Of a stretch of 64,000 bases of DNA, positions 61,493 to 64,000 are shown in pieces. The position numbers and the translations under genes were made by a program. Position 1 is the first letter of the stretch. Each line of letters starts with the position of its first letter. This DNA is from Narcine bancroftii (taxonomy: Eukaryota), in assembly GCF_036971445.1 (NCBI RefSeq), contig NC_091482.1:60388001-60452000 (forward strand), read 5' to 3'. The notes under the pieces are model-generated. The model ran no database searches. It was not told the origin of the DNA and saw nothing but the letters and a program-made list of their open reading frames with translations.

Positions 61493-61964
61493 GTAAGAGT
61501 TTTATTTTTCTACTTCTGTGATGTTGAGATTCCGCACCTGGCCCACTGTGCGCATTAGCAGGAAGACCTATCTTTCCAATGAGATGATTTTTTTTTCAAT
61601 TTACACATAACAGCACGATAACAGGCCCTATCAGCCCATGGGCCCCTGTCTACAATTGACCTACACCCTCCAGGACATTTTTGAACAGTGGGAGAAAACT
61701 GGAGCCCCGGAGGAAACCCACACAGATGTGGAGAGAAAGTTCAAACTCCTTACGGACAACACGGGATTCAAACCCCAATCCCAATAGCTGGCGTTGTGCT
61801 AACCTCTACACTCATCATGCCGCCCCGAATGAAAAGCTGTGTAATACCATGTTTTCCTTCCCACAGATGCTGGGTGGCTTTCTAGCTTTTCTGGCATTCC
61901 GGAGTTTGCAATTTCAGTGATGCGCTGATATCATTCTTAGCATTACGTTGTGTTTGAATCTCAG

Positions 61965-62198
61965 GAGAACATTGGTAAACAGGAACACTACCTGGAACTG
62001 CAGTATGACGACTTGATGCAGTTTCTCGTTCAGCGTTTTGAGGACAGGAGCCAGGGGCTGGAGGAGGAGAAGAACCAGAAGCTGGAGAGGTTGTATGATT
62101 TGCTGTTGAGCTGTGGGTGCAGCATGGATGGCTACAAGGAGCTATTAGAATCCACTGATACGCTCTTCAATACTGAAGACAAGCAAACCTTCCTGAAG
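61965..62198 (+). CDS. FSD2: FSD2 coding exon 3 (234 nt, coiled coil)
   Basis: tctcag|ENIGKQEHYLELQYDDLMQFLVQRFE...KLERLYDLLLSCG...FLK|gtaatc. Confidence 0.92.
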
Positions 62199-62911
62199 GT
62201 AATCTCATCAGTAGTGTCTGTTCTCATTAGATATTTGTAATTCTCATTCTGGCATTCCTGTTTTCCCAGTCCTCATAGTGGATTTTCCCTCAGAACTGCT
62301 CCAGAATTCCAGTTGCATCATTCTCTTTCTGATATTCTCCCCTTGAGATTGTTAGGATAGAATACAAACACGTGCATCACAAGCAGTAAGGCCACCCAGA
62401 TCCTCAACTGATCAGTCTGTCTAACAATAACCTCCACTCTAACCTACCCTGCTGGACTTTCCCTTCCTCATGTATCTACTTCTGTTTTCATTGTCCTTTG
62501 AGAAGAGAGGTCTAAAGAATTATAACCCTCTGAGAAAATGCTTAACATCATCAATGACCTAAGAGGTATATCTTTATTGAAAACATTGGTCATGGGTTTC
62601 CCTCAATAGAGATCATCCTCCACGTTCACCCTGTCAGACTTCTCAGGATCTTGTATTCTTCATTCATATCTACCATGGCCCTTCTACCCAGCTGGTCCAA
62701 CCTTTCCTCACAACACAATCTTCTGTGAACTTCTTCCAGATAAGAGGTGGTGTATGGAGGGGCCTCTGGAAAATTGGTTGGGAGAATGGAATTGGAGAAT
62801 GAAATATTTTAATAAATTTTACAGATCTCAATTTTAGATGATTTAATTTTCGAGTGAGGGTTAGACATTCTGTGATGATCAATGAATCTCTTTCTTCTTC
62901 ATAACAAACAG

Positions 62912-62934
62912 AATGGACAAACAATACTGGCCAG
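62912..62934 (+). CDS. FSD2: FSD2 23-nt micro-exon
   Basis: aaacag|AAT GGA CAA ACA ATA CTG GCC AG|gtaacg; size and phase match the short exon typical of TRIM/FSD genes after the coiled-coil exon. Confidence 0.7.
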
Positions 62935-62959
62935 GTAACGTCAGAATTGATCTCTGCAT

Positions 62960-63310
62960 TTTGTGTTTACACTGGAGTGTCACATTGTGTTGTGTTGACA
63001 GTGGAATGCCGTTTCTGTGTTGGCAATGGAGTGCTATGTTTCTGTTGACAATGGAGGTCCGCATCCACGTCGACATGGGAGTGCCATGTTTCTGTTGACA
63101 ATGGAGTTCCGCGTCCACGTCGACATGGGAGTGCCATGTTTCTGTTGACACTGGAGTGCCGTGTCTGTGTTGACAATGGAGTGCCGTGTTTCTGTTGACA
63201 ATGGAGTACCGCGCCTGCATCGACACGGGAGTGCCATGTTTTTGTTGACAAAGGAGTGCCGTGTCTGTGTTGACAATAGAGTGCCGTGTTTCTTTTGACA
63301 CTGGAGTGAA
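62960..63310. repeat. Degenerate about 25-bp minisatellite (GAGTGCCGTGTTTCTGTTGACAATG-like)
   Basis: Recurring gttgaca.tggagtgcc units interleaved with gtcgacatggga units. Confidence 0.85.
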
Positions 63311-64000
63311 AAGAGAAAAGTTCAGATAACACCCAACACATCAAGAAGCATCCGTGGAAGGAGAAACAAAGTTAACATCTCAGGTCAAGCTCTTAAAGCT
63401 GAAGTGTTAACAGTTTATCTTTCCAATGATGTGGTCTCTATGGCATAGAACATTTCAGCACAGTCCAGGCCCTTCGCGGGCTCACAATGTTGTGTTGACC
63501 AATATAAATCTGCTTAAGAATCTACACCTTACCTATCTCATAACCTTCAATTTTTCTTACATCCATGTGGCTGTCTGAATCTTTTAAATGTCCCCATTGT
63601 ACCAGCCTCCACCACCTCCCTGGCAAAGCATTTATATAAAAAGAAACTTGCCCCTGACATCTCCCCTAAACTTTCCTCCCATCACCTGATGTCCTCTAGT
63701 GTTTGCTACTCTCATGCCTTGTTGCGGAGAAAGAATCAACTACCGACACCAGGGTAATGCTTCGGAAGAGTTTTATTAGCAAGATATCTCGGAGAGCATG
63801 TCCAGCACCGAGCCTGAGCTTGCTCTGCTTACAGCCAGTTTTAACAGAGCTTATATTATAATAAATGGCAGTGCATTCCTGCATGTGGGCTTCTTGTTGC
63901 GGTCAACCTTTTTTTTTAATAACTTTATTTATTTGTTCAACAAGGTTATTACATACAGTAAAAAAAAAGTACATATTATGAACGATTTTTAAAAAATTAT

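Overview
Vertebrate genomic DNA, most likely a cartilaginous fish (inferred from CR1/L2/Penelope LINE fragments, V-type tRNA-derived SINEs and protein divergence; species not determinable). Four spliced host genes were reconstructed by eye from GT-AG junctions and phase: HACD3 exons 1-3 (minus, continues off the left edge), complete RAMAC/FAM103A1 (minus, 103 aa), complete 10-exon WHAMM (minus, 758 aa) and the 5' part of FSD2 (plus, head-to-head with WHAMM). Between RAMAC and WHAMM lies a 7,006-bp class I endogenous retrovirus (22930-29935). It has apparently identical 479-bp LTRs, a 5-bp TSD, a tRNA-Pro PBS, intact gag, an intact readthrough pseudoknot, deleted protease/RT, an open RNaseH-integrase frame and a HERV-I/ERV3-type env broken by a 327-bp copy of pol, a frameshift and a stop. 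Most notable observations: (1) a perfect 28-nt antisense copy of the HACD3 exon-3 splice acceptor about 60 nt downstream of the exon-2 donor; (2) the young but multiply defective, probably trans-mobilised provirus; (3) G-rich tandem arrays on the sense strand just after first-exon donors; (4) a 20x34-bp array carrying 17 sense AATAAA signals in a WHAMM intron; (5) HOMER2 absent from its human syntenic position. Gene and family names come from recalled sequence similarity, not database searches. TE fragment boundaries are approximate unless a TSD is quoted.
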